Shown here piece by piece: positions 20,312-29,050 of a stretch of DNA of 64,000 bases. The translations under genes and the position numbers were made by a program. The notes beneath the pieces were generated by a model. The model was given only the letters and a program-made list of their open reading frames with translations. It made no database searches and was not told the DNA's origin. The stretch lies in assembly GCA_963728205.1 (NCBI GenBank), contig CAVSIV010000001.1, positions 544,001 to 608,000 of the forward strand, written 5' to 3'. This DNA is from an uncultured Chloroflexia bacterium. Its GTDB lineage: Bacteria; Chloroflexota; Dehalococcoidia; UBA2979. Position 1 is the stretch's first letter, and every line of letters starts with the position of its first letter.

Positions 20312-21172
20312 ATGCCCGATGGATGGATGCCCGGCGTGGAGCATCTCCCGAACCCGGCGCACGGCTACGCGTCGCTCCCCGACGGGAGCATGCGCCCGAT
20401 CGCGATCGTCAACCACATCATGCAGGGCTTCAAACGCACCATCGATCGCGAGGTGCGGGCGGGAATCGCCGAGCTCTCCGAGCACTTCTCGATCGATCGC
20501 GACGGGAACATCACGCAGTACGTCGACATCTTCAGCGGGGCCTACCACGCCGGCCGTCTCGACCCCGGCGCGCCTCCGACCTGGCCCCGCTATCGGCCGA
20601 ACACGAACCCGAACCTCTACACCGTCGGCATCGAGCACGAGGGGTTCGCGGTGCAGCCGCTGTCGTACAAAGCCGACTACGTGTACACCGAGCAGCGCCC
20701 GTGGCCGGAGCCGATGGTGCTCGCGACGATCCGCGTCCAGCGATGGATCTTCGACACGCTCGGCGCGGCGGGAATGCCGCAGGAGCCGAGCCACCTGACG
20801 GTCATCGGGCACAATGAGATCGCGCCGATCTCACGGTTCTCGGACCCCGGTCCCCTGTGGCCGCGCGACCGGATCATCACGGCGCTGAAGCCGCAGGCGG
20901 TCGTCTCGCCGATGCCGTCGTTCACCGAGCTGGTGTACATCCGCGCGCTCGCGCAGTTCCTCGGATGGGAGAAGTTCGACTGCCAGCCGGTGCCCTGCGC
21001 GCGCGAGGCTCGCACCTACCACCTGACGTTCGAGGCGCCCGACCCGCCCGATCAGCAGCACGCGGATCTCGAGCGCCAGTACCTGCAGGCGCTCGGCTTC
21101 CAGTTCCACTACACGCGGATGCGCGTGAGCCCGCTGGAAGGGCGCCGCGGATACGAGCTCGACATCACGTAA
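20312..21172 (+). CDS. N-acetylmuramoyl-L-alanine amidase (Amidase_2/PGRP fold)
   Basis: ATG after GAGGAG. Motifs IVNH, HFSIDRDGNITQYVD, AYHAG, NLYTVGIEHEG and VIGHNEI...SDPG. No signal peptide. Confidence 0.9.
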   Translation: MPDGWMPGVEHLPNPAHGYASLPDGSMRPIAIVNHIMQGFKRTIDREVRAGIAELSEHFSIDRDGNITQYVDIFSGAYHAGRLDPGAPPTWPRYRPNTNPNLYTVGIEHEGFAVQPLSYKADYVYTEQRPWPEPMVLATIRVQRWIFDTLGAAGMPQEPSHLTVIGHNEIAPISRFSDPGPLWPRDRIITALKPQAVVSPMPSFTELVYIRALAQFLGWEKFDCQPVPCAREARTYHLTFEAPDPPDQQHADLERQYLQALGFQFHYTRMRVSPLEGRRGYELDIT

Positions 21173-21274
21173 CTGCAGTGACGCGCGGGGGCGCGCGGCG
21201 ACGGAGAACGACGCCGAGCGCGGGCGGCACGCGATGCCGCGAGTGTGCGGCCGGGTGGGTGGGAGTCGCGGGGC

Positions 21275-24200
21275 ATGCCCTACATCACGCTGGGACGCGA
21301 GGTCGTGCGCGGCACGATCTCGCGCGATCACTGGCGCGCCGACGTCACCCTGATGTGCTCCGACCGCTTCCCGGCCGGCGCCGCCGCGCGCCTCTTCGTC
21401 GAGATCCGCTGGCGCGCCCGCCGCGACGAGGGCGACGTCCCGGGGCTCCCGGAGGACGCGAAGCCGATCGTGCTCACGCTGCGCAAGCGCACGGCCGCCG
21501 CGACGGGGGACGTCCGGTTCGACGCCCGCGACGGGGCGACCACCCGCGGGTTCGTCGGCGACACCCGCGCGCTGCTCACGCTCTTCGCGCAGGCTCCCAC
21601 GAGCGGCGCAGAGCCCGACGTCGTGCTCGAGGTGCGCATCGAGGGCGACGTGGCCGGGAGCGTCCCGCTCTCGGTCGACGGCGGTGCCGCCGCGCCGGCG
21701 ACCGCCGTCGTCCTCCACGACGACACCGGCGCGGCGCCGGCGCACGACATCGTGCTGCACGAGGCGACCGTCGCGCTGCGCGCGGCGGCCGCGCCGGTCG
21801 CGCCGGGCGCCTTCCGCTGGGTGAGCGTGCGGCCGGACGCGCTCCCGCTCAGCGGCGGGCCGGAGGGCGAGCGGGTCGAGGTGCGCGGCGCGCTCGTGAG
21901 CGACGCCGTGGGCGACGCGCCGGTCTGCGTGCTGTTCACCCCTCGCGACGGCGGTCCGGCCGTGATGGCCGTCCACGCGGTCACCGTCGCGGAGACGCGG
22001 GTGCTTCTGGGCGACAGCGGCGAGGTGCCCGCGCCCGACCTGATCGGGGTCGGCGCCGGCGAGACCTTCCGCGCCGTGACGCGGCCGCCCGCGCTGGCGC
22101 AGGCGGTGTCGTGGCGCTTCGCCGCCGGGGCCGAGCGCACCCGCGTCGCCGGGCGCTCCGACCTTGCCGCCGCGCGGATCGAGGGGGTCCGCGCGAGCGC
22201 GGCCATGCACGACGTGCAGGCCGTCGCGACGATCGCGACGGGGCACGTGCCGGCGTCGCTCGCCGTGACGCATGACCTCACGGTGACGTCGGTGGTCGTG
22301 GTGCGCGCGGACGGGAGCGGGCTACCGGCGTTCGTGAACCTCGGGGAGACGGTGCCGGTGCTGGCGCGCGTCACGCCCGACGCGCTCGCTCGCGATGTCG
22401 CCTGGGCGGTGGTGCCGGGGCTCGGGAGCGCGGCCCGGGCGCGCGTGCAGCCCGTCGCGGGCGCGGACCGCGCGCGCAGCGCCGAGCTCGCGCCTGCGGC
22501 GTCCAGCGCCATCGACGCTCGCGACGACATCCGCCTCACTGCCGGCCTCGCCGGCGCCGACGGCGCGACGGTGGCGTCGACGGTCGTGTCCCACCCGTTC
22601 ACCGTGACGCTCGTCCGGCCGCTGCATCTCGCGGTGCCGCCGGCCGACCTCGCGACGTGGACGCTCCAGCAGGCGTACGGCCCGGGGACCGCCGGGGCGG
22701 CGTTCCACGACCGCGCGCTGTTGCGCACGACGGGTGCCGGGCGCGTCATCGCCGCCGCCGACGGGACGCTCTCGACGCATCCGCCCGGGGTCGGCGTGGC
22801 CGCGCCGCCCGACCCGGCGACGCCGGCCGGGCCGCCGCCGCCGGCGGTAACCCTCTACCTGCACCTGGCGCCGGCGATCCGGGACCGCGCCACCGGTTTC
22901 CACGCCCGCGCGGCGGGCCTCAACGGCGTCGCCGGCTTCGTGTACGACCACCTCGAGACGGCGTCGCTCGAGGCGGCGCTCGGCGATCTGCTCGACCGCG
23001 CCGAGGGCCCGGTCGCCGGGCTGGGCCGCGCGGAGCGCGTCGCGCTCCTGGTCGCCGGGCAGGCGACGGTCCCCGTCACGGGTGGCCACGCACTCGGTGC
23101 CGCCTCGCCGGACGGCGCCCCGGCCGGCCGCCGCGATCTCGGTCTGGGCGTGCTCGCCGACGACGGCGCCATCGACCCCGCGTTCGCGTACGACTGGATG
23201 CGCGACTTCGTCGCCGACGGCCAGCCTGCCGTGGACGCCTTTCTCGCCCTTGTGCCGCGCGGGTGGCCCGTCATTGACCCAACGCTCACGGTCGACCACG
23301 CGATCGACCTCACCGGCGACGCGCTCTACCCGATGGCCGTGCTCGCCGACCTCCGCCGGCGGTACGCGCTTACGACCGCGCAGTGGCGCACCGTCGGCGA
23401 CAATCAGAAGGCGCTCTGGCGGCGTCGGCTGCTGCGTCGCGCCGGGTTCGCGCCGGCCGGGGACACCGCGCCGCCGTTCGAGTTCGACGATCGCGACTGG
23501 CAGAACCTGTTTCAGCTGGAGGCGCTCGTCGAGTTCTACGTGAACTTCGACGACCCGCATCGGCCGCCGCCCCTCGTGGCCGGGGAGAACGAGCCGCGCC
23601 CCCCGCTGGAGGCTGACGGCGTGACGCCGACCCCGGGGTACCGGGCCATCGACCTCACCGGGGGCTGGCACATCGTCGTCGTCGACGCCTTCGGCGGGCG
23701 GCTGGCGGGCGCCGCGGCGACCGTCGCCGGCTCCGTCGTCACGCTCGACGGCGCGCCGGATCTCCGGCGCGTCAATCCCGGGTTCGACACCATCTACCTG
23801 CCGGGCGACCACGAGCGGCCGGGCGCAACCTACCGGGTCGCCGCCGCGAACCACGCCGCGTCGACGGTCACCGTCGACGGCGCCCCCGACTTCGCCGGCG
23901 GCACGTCGGCGTGGCACCTCCCGGCCGGCGTGAGCGGCGAGCTCCCCGCGCTCGCGTACAACCTCGGCCCGGGCGGGGCGCGAGGGTTCGACCACTACGA
24001 CGCGGCGCTCTTCGTCGTGAAGGACGGCGCCGTTCACGCGAAGTTCCGCTGGTCGAGCTACACGTCGCGCAACTACGCCGCCGGCAGCCAGCTCCTCTCG
24101 TCGCTGCGCGGCAACCGGCAGTACGACTTCGCGAGCTTCCGGTCGAACAGCGCCTTCATCAACTACGCGTTCAGCGTCGTCGACCACGGCGCCGCGTACG

Positions 24201-24604
24201 ACGGGGTGCGCGAGGCGCGCTTCTACTTCGCGACCCCGGTCACGGCCGACGCGGCCGCGCCGGGCGCGAATCCGAACGGCGGCGGCAAGACGCTGATCCG
24301 CATTCACAACGGCAACCACGGCAACCTCGCGCCCGGCGCGGCCGCGGCCGGCGGGACGGGATCGGCCGGGTGCATCGTGTCGCCGTCGTTCTACGACTTT
24401 CGCGACGTGATGATCACGCTCTTCCAGGCGGACCGGGTTGCCGCCGCCGGTGCGCCGGATCCGCACGTCGCGCAGCTGCAGGGCGCGGGCTCGGTGGCGA
24501 GCGGGGCACTGCTCGCCGCGAACACCGTCACCGCCGCGCAGTGGAACAACCGGCTCACCGGATCGTTCTGGGCGATCCGGCCGGACGAGCGGCCGCTCGG
24601 ATAG
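21275..24604 (+). CDS. Large modular protein: shared N-terminal module, Ig-like repeats, C-terminal L,D-transpeptidase-like (H...SxGC) domain
   Basis: 1109 aa. N-terminus is homologous to the next gene. C-terminal IRIHNGN...GSAGCIVSP, with His at 24305 and Cys at 24371. Confidence 0.7.
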   Translation: MPYITLGREVVRGTISRDHWRADVTLMCSDRFPAGAAARLFVEIRWRARRDEGDVPGLPEDAKPIVLTLRKRTAAATGDVRFDARDGATTRGFVGDTRALLTLFAQAPTSGAEPDVVLEVRIEGDVAGSVPLSVDGGAAAPATAVVLHDDTGAAPAHDIVLHEATVALRAAAAPVAPGAFRWVSVRPDALPLSGGPEGERVEVRGALVSDAVGDAPVCVLFTPRDGGPAVMAVHAVTVAETRVLLGDSGEVPAPDLIGVGAGETFRAVTRPPALAQAVSWRFAAGAERTRVAGRSDLAAARIEGVRASAAMHDVQAVATIATGHVPASLAVTHDLTVTSVVVVRADGSGLPAFVNLGETVPVLARVTPDALARDVAWAVVPGLGSAARARVQPVAGADRARSAELAPAASSAIDARDDIRLTAGLAGADGATVASTVVSHPFTVTLVRPLHLAVPPADLATWTLQQAYGPGTAGAAFHDRALLRTTGAGRVIAAADGTLSTHPPGVGVAAPPDPATPAGPPPPAVTLYLHLAPAIRDRATGFHARAAGLNGVAGFVYDHLETASLEAALGDLLDRAEGPVAGLGRAERVALLVAGQATVPVTGGHALGAASPDGAPAGRRDLGLGVLADDGAIDPAFAYDWMRDFVADGQPAVDAFLALVPRGWPVIDPTLTVDHAIDLTGDALYPMAVLADLRRRYALTTAQWRTVGDNQKALWRRRLLRRAGFAPAGDTAPPFEFDDRDWQNLFQLEALVEFYVNFDDPHRPPPLVAGENEPRPPLEADGVTPTPGYRAIDLTGGWHIVVVDAFGGRLAGAAATVAGSVVTLDGAPDLRRVNPGFDTIYLPGDHERPGATYRVAAANHAASTVTVDGAPDFAGGTSAWHLPAGVSGELPALAYNLGPGGARGFDHYDAALFVVKDGAVHAKFRWSSYTSRNYAAGSQLLSSLRGNRQYDFASFRSNSAFINYAFSVVDHGAAYDGVREARFYFATPVTADAAAPGANPNGGGKTLIRIHNGNHGNLAPGAAAAGGTGSAGCIVSPSFYDFRDVMITLFQADRVAAAGAPDPHVAQLQGAGSVASGALLAANTVTAAQWNNRLTGSFWAIRPDERPLG

Positions 24605-24607
24605 CCG

Positions 24608-24656
24608 GCCGCGCCTCGGCGCGCGTGCGCCGGGCCACGCGACGCCCGGGCGCGGC
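24608..24656 (+). terminator. GC-rich inverted repeat (possible terminator or mRNA-stabilising hairpin)
   Basis: GCCGCGCCTCGGCGCGCGTG ... CACGCGACGCCCGGGCGCGGC forms an imperfect ~20-bp stem just after the 24604 stop. No U-tract. Confidence 0.4.
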
Positions 24657-24706
24657 TATCCTGTGCCGAGGCCGGTCGTGATCCAGTGCAGGGTGAGGAG
24701 CGCGAC

Positions 24707-27700
24707 GTGGCCTACCGTCCGCACGCCGGCAGGAAGATCGTGCGGACGACGCTGACCCGCGACGACTGGGTCGCCAGCGTGACGCTCGCCTGCTCCGATC
24801 GCATTGCGGTCGGCGCGTCGTCGCCGCTCTTCGTCGAGGTGGCGTACCGCCACGAGCCCGCGCCGGGCGCCGACAGCGGCCACCCGGTCGATCTCACGTT
24901 CCGCTCGCTCGCCGCGGGCGGGGGCGAGATCCGGTTCGACGCCGCCGACGGCCCGACGACGCGACGCTTCGTCCGGCATGTCCGCACGGTGCTCACGCTC
25001 GTGGGCGTGACCGCCACCGCCGGCGCCGAGGCCGGCGTTGCGATCGATATCGCGATCGACGGGACCGTGAAGGAGAGCGTCCCCCTGTTCGTCGGCGCGC
25101 CGCTCGGCACGCTCGCGATCCGGGCCGCCGACGGCACGGCCGACGCGCCCGCGGAGGTCACGCTCGGCCAGACGCTGCCGCTGCGCGCCGTGCCCGACCC
25201 CGCCGCGCAGGGGACGTATCGCTGGATCGTCGTGACCGAGGACTCGCTCGCGGCCCACGGCGCGACCGACGCGGCCGCCGTCGTGCTCGGCGTGACCGGC
25301 GGCGCCGCGCTGCCCCGCACGGTGGGCTGCCTGTTCTCCCCGCCCGACGACGGTCCGCAGGTGTTCACGGTGCGCGCATTCGGCGTCCGCGCGACGCTGC
25401 TCGTCCGCACCCGCCTCGTCGGCACCGCCCCGGCACCGCTGGACGACGCCTGGGTGTACGTCCGCGACGGCGGCACGACCGTCGTGCTGCACACCGACCG
25501 CCGCGGCCGCGCGCGCTCCGCGCCCACCGGTTCCGAGCGCGCGGCGTCGTGGCTCTATACCGAGCCCTTCGGCGCGACCGCCGGCCACCCCGTGGAGATT
25601 GCCTTCAGCCGCGGCCGGAAGCCGATTCCCGACACACTCGTGCAGGCCGAGCTCGCGTTCCGGCGGCTCGACGTCGCGGCGGAAACCGCCGACGGCGACC
25701 TGGTCGGCGCGGTCACGATCCCGGAGACGCCGCTCGCGTTGACCCGACCGGGCGAGCTCACGATCTGGCCGTTGCTGCGCGAGCTGCCCGTGGACGCCTC
25801 GCTCACCGCCGGCCTCAACCAGGGCGCGGCGCTCTACGACGCGCACGGCAACCTCACGGAGCCCGAGGGCACGGTGGCGGCGCCGCCGCCGGCGAGGCCG
25901 CGCGAACGCGGGCTGGTCGTGGCGGGCACGGTCGATGCCGGCGCGACCGGCGCGCGCGTCCGGCTGATGCGCGACGACGGCACCGCGCTGCCGCTGCACG
26001 CCGGGTTCGCCGCCGCCGCGTCGGTGCTGGAGCTGCCCGCGACGATGGGCGCTCCGGCCGGGGCGACGCGGCCGTTCTCGGCGCTCATCGTGCTCGACGA
26101 CGCGGCCGCCGCATTCGGGCCGGTGCTGATCGTGGTGGACACCGTCGGGATCGCCCCGCCGCGCGTCGACGCCTTCGCGGTCCAGCTCTGCGGCGTGCAG
26201 CTCGCACTCGTCGACGACGCCGTCGCCGCCGCCGACGGCACACACGCCGGCCCGGTCCCCGGCGAGCCCGACGAGCTGAACACGATCGACTTCGGCCTGT
26301 CGCCGCAGGACAACCGCAACGACCTCACGCTCCAGGCGCGCGCGCGGCGCATGGTGAACTACGACATCCGCACGGGGACGCGCGCGTTCGACGAGACGGC
26401 GGCCGTCGGCCCCGGCAACCCGAACGTGCCAAAGCCGCAGATGCCGCTGTGGATGGGCGAGTGCCAGCTCGTCGGGATCGGGTGGGCGGATCTGCAATCG
26501 CTGATGCGCCACCGCGTGGCCTGGGTCAGCCGTGCGCCCGCGTGGTCGACGCTGGAGCTCAATCTCTCATGGCGGATCGAGCTGCGCTGGGACGGACCCG
26601 ACGTCAACTCGCCCACGTTCGCCGGACCGCCAGAGCTCATCCTGCGGTCGGGGCAGACCTACCAGTACAGCCTCGCGCTCGGCGGCGATGCGGCGCTCCG
26701 GGTTCCGTTCGACGCGCAGGGACGCCCTCTCGACGCCACCGGGGCGCCGCAGGCGCTGGATCACGGGGCGGTGCCGGCGCCGTTCACCGCCGCCCCGGCG
26801 CGCATCGCGTACCCGGTTGCCGCGCGACGGCTGCCGCGCCTCGTCGTGCAGGGCGAGCAGCGTGCGTGGGGACGGCAGGCCGGCGCCCCCCGGCGGGACT
26901 CCGTGATCGTCGAGTTCCAGCCCCGCGTCGAGGCCGGCGGCAGCGAGGCGATCCGCGGCGGAGATGGGGATCTCGCGCTGCAGAGCCTGCAGATCGATGG
27001 CGCCGCCGCCCCGCCGGGGCTCGAGCCGGACGGCGGCGGGGCGCCGGTCGCGCCCGCGGACGTGCGGCCGGCGCGCGTGCCGACGTTTCGCGTGCGCGGC
27101 ACCAACCCGGCGGCGCACGCCGCGGTCGAGCAGCTGATCGACGCGCTCGTGCGCCAGTACCACGACGCGCACGCTGCCGAGGCGCGCATCGCCACGCTCC
27201 CGCTCGCCGTCTGGCAGGAGACGGTGCGGCTGATCCTCGCGCACGAGAACGGCAACGACCGCCAGTTCTTCGACAACGCGAGCGGCCGCTACGCGTTCGC
27301 GTCGCGCGGCACGACCTTCTACTACGGGCACGAGCACCGCATGCCGTTGTTCGGCCCGCCGCACGGCTACGGGTTCGGGCAGCTCGACTTCGTGTTCGGC
27401 CGCGCCGCGAACGACGACGAGGTCTGGAGCTTCGTCGAGAACATCCAATCCGCGGTGCGGGTCGTGATGGAGGAGAAGGCCGCGGCCGCCTACCACGACA
27501 TGCACGGGCACTTCGCCGCGCCGGTCTCGCGGCGCGACCGGGCCGCGTACCGCCGCGAGGTCGTGCGGCGCTACAACGGCGGCACGGAGTTCCACTGGAA
27601 CGGCGCGGACTGGGAGATCCAGCCGGGCCTCGCGCAGTGGGCCAACGCGCACGATCACACGCAGGGGCCGAACCAGCGGCTGCGATACCCGCGACCGCGT

Positions 27701-27812
27701 GCTCGGCACCCACGTCGCCTACTACAACCCGTATCCGGCCGGCGCGGGGGCGGCGACGACGTTTCCGTGGCCGATCGCGTTCGCGGTCGGCCAGTTCGGC
27801 CCGGGGATCTGA
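24707..27812 (+). CDS. Large modular protein: shared N-terminal module plus C-terminal lysozyme-fold/lytic transglycosylase-like domain (+1 frameshift near 27692)
   Basis: GTG after GAGGAG. C-terminal LILAHENG..RQF, GYGFGQLD, WSFVENIQSA and RRYNGG follow the SLT motif order. After ...RLRYP the GC3-rich frame shifts and reads DRVLGTHVAYYNPYP...QFGPGI to TGA at 27810-27812. Confidence 0.7.
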
Positions 27813-27834
27813 GGGCGGCGCGGCGGGTCGGCGA

Positions 27835-28191
27835 TCAGCGGATGTGGATGTCCCGCCCGCCGCTGATGTTGATGTTCGTCTTGCCGTGCTGCACCACGTT
27901 GCCGCTGCCGCTCACGCTGATCGCCACCTGCTCGGCGTCGCGCGCGAGGGCGGGGTCGGCCGCCAGCGCGTGCTCGATGGCGGAGCGAATGCGCGGCTCG
28001 TCGTCCTCGTCCGTGCGCGTCTCAGCGCTCGCGCCGGCGGCGCCGCGGATGCGGTCCCAGAGCACCCCGAGCACATGCGCGCCGGCGTCGCCGACCCGTT
28101 CGGCGAGCTCGTCGCGCACCCGTTCCGCCGGGCGCCGTGCGAATGTCAGCAGGAGCGGCGCCAGCGCCGCCGCGATCTCGGCGATTCCCAT
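27835..28191 (-). CDS. Small helical protein (Bell-like) with a C-terminal amyloid/RHIM-like motif
   Basis: MGIAEIAAALAPLL...LWDRIRG...AIEHALAADPALARD followed by SVSGSGNVVQHGKTNINISGGRDIHIR. Confidence 0.7.
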   Translation of the reverse strand: MGIAEIAAALAPLLLTFARRPAERVRDELAERVGDAGAHVLGVLWDRIRGAAGASAETRTDEDDEPRIRSAIEHALAADPALARDAEQVAISVSGSGNVVQHGKTNINISGGRDIHIR

Positions 28192-28225
28192 GTCGCACCC
28201 CTCTCTCGGCCCATGCGGCGCCGGC

Positions 28226-28738
28226 TCAGTCCAGCGGCGAGCGTCCGCGCGCACGGCGTCCCGCCACCGACCGCGGATTGACGAGCGCGCGCACGAGCGA
28301 GCCGACCACCATCACGACGAAGCCCGCGAAGAACAACGCGCCGCCCACCGCGATACCCGGCGGGAAGCCGTCGGCCGCATCGCCGTGTGGCAGGGTGAAC
28401 AGCGTGTAGCCGAAGACCGCGAACCCCGACAACACGAGCAGGACACCCACGGTCACGATCGCGATGTAGAGCCGCGAGGGTGGCGGGTCGGGCTCGTCGA
28501 GCGCGGCGCGGATCGCCTTCGCGAGCGTCTCCGCGCTCGGCCCCTGGTAGTAGAGGTCGCCGATGCGGATGCCGCGCCCGCCGCTGATGTCGACGTTGTA
28601 GCGGCCGACCTGCACCTGGTTGTCGTCGCCGCGCACGGCGATCAGCGACCGGAGCCGATCGATGTCCGTGTCGCTGCTGCGGCCCGCCGCGATCCGGTCG
28701 AAGAGCGTGGCGAGTTCCGGGTCGACACCGTTTGCCAC
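28226..28738 (-). CDS. Two-TM membrane protein with an N-terminal EAD10-like domain carrying the same motif
   Basis: ELATLFDRIAAG..SDTDIDRLRSLI...NQVQVGRYNVDISGGRGIRIGDLYYQGPSAETL followed by two hydrophobic helices. Confidence 0.75.
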   Translation of the reverse strand: MANGVDPELATLFDRIAAGRSSDTDIDRLRSLIAVRGDDNQVQVGRYNVDISGGRGIRIGDLYYQGPSAETLAKAIRAALDEPDPPPSRLYIAIVTVGVLLVLSGFAVFGYTLFTLPHGDAADGFPPGIAVGGALFFAGFVVMVVGSLVRALVNPRSVAGRRARGRSPLD

Positions 28739-29050
28739 GGCAGCATCCCGTTCCCCGGCTCCAGGGGTTCATCATAACGAATGGTGCGCCCTCCGGGCCG
28801 AGGCCGTGCTCCGAAGGCCCGAGGCGCTGAGGAGTTCTCGCGACGGTTGCTCGGAGCAAGGGGCCGCGCGCCCTGCGCAGCGGGAGAGGGGACGCGCGCG
28901 TCCTGTGCGGTCGTGGTCCGTGTGGCGGCAGGAAGGGTGAAGGGAACAGCATCCGCGGACTTCGCGCGAGGTCGCATGCCGCGCTCCATCATGGTGGCCT
29001 CCAGACGGACTTCCTGGAGGGGCTCGAGCGCCCGTTGCGCAGCTCGCCCG

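Noticed and set aside
1-27812. Intact prophage
   Set aside because: No head, packaging, replication or integrase genes are visible, and PAAR, large cargo-like genes and host-like codons favour a CIS. It cannot be fully excluded because the 5' part is outside the window.
27813-28777. C-terminal extension of the 1363-aa ORF 24686-28777
   Set aside because: It is read-through after the frameshift at ~27692 and lies antisense to two credible minus-strand genes.
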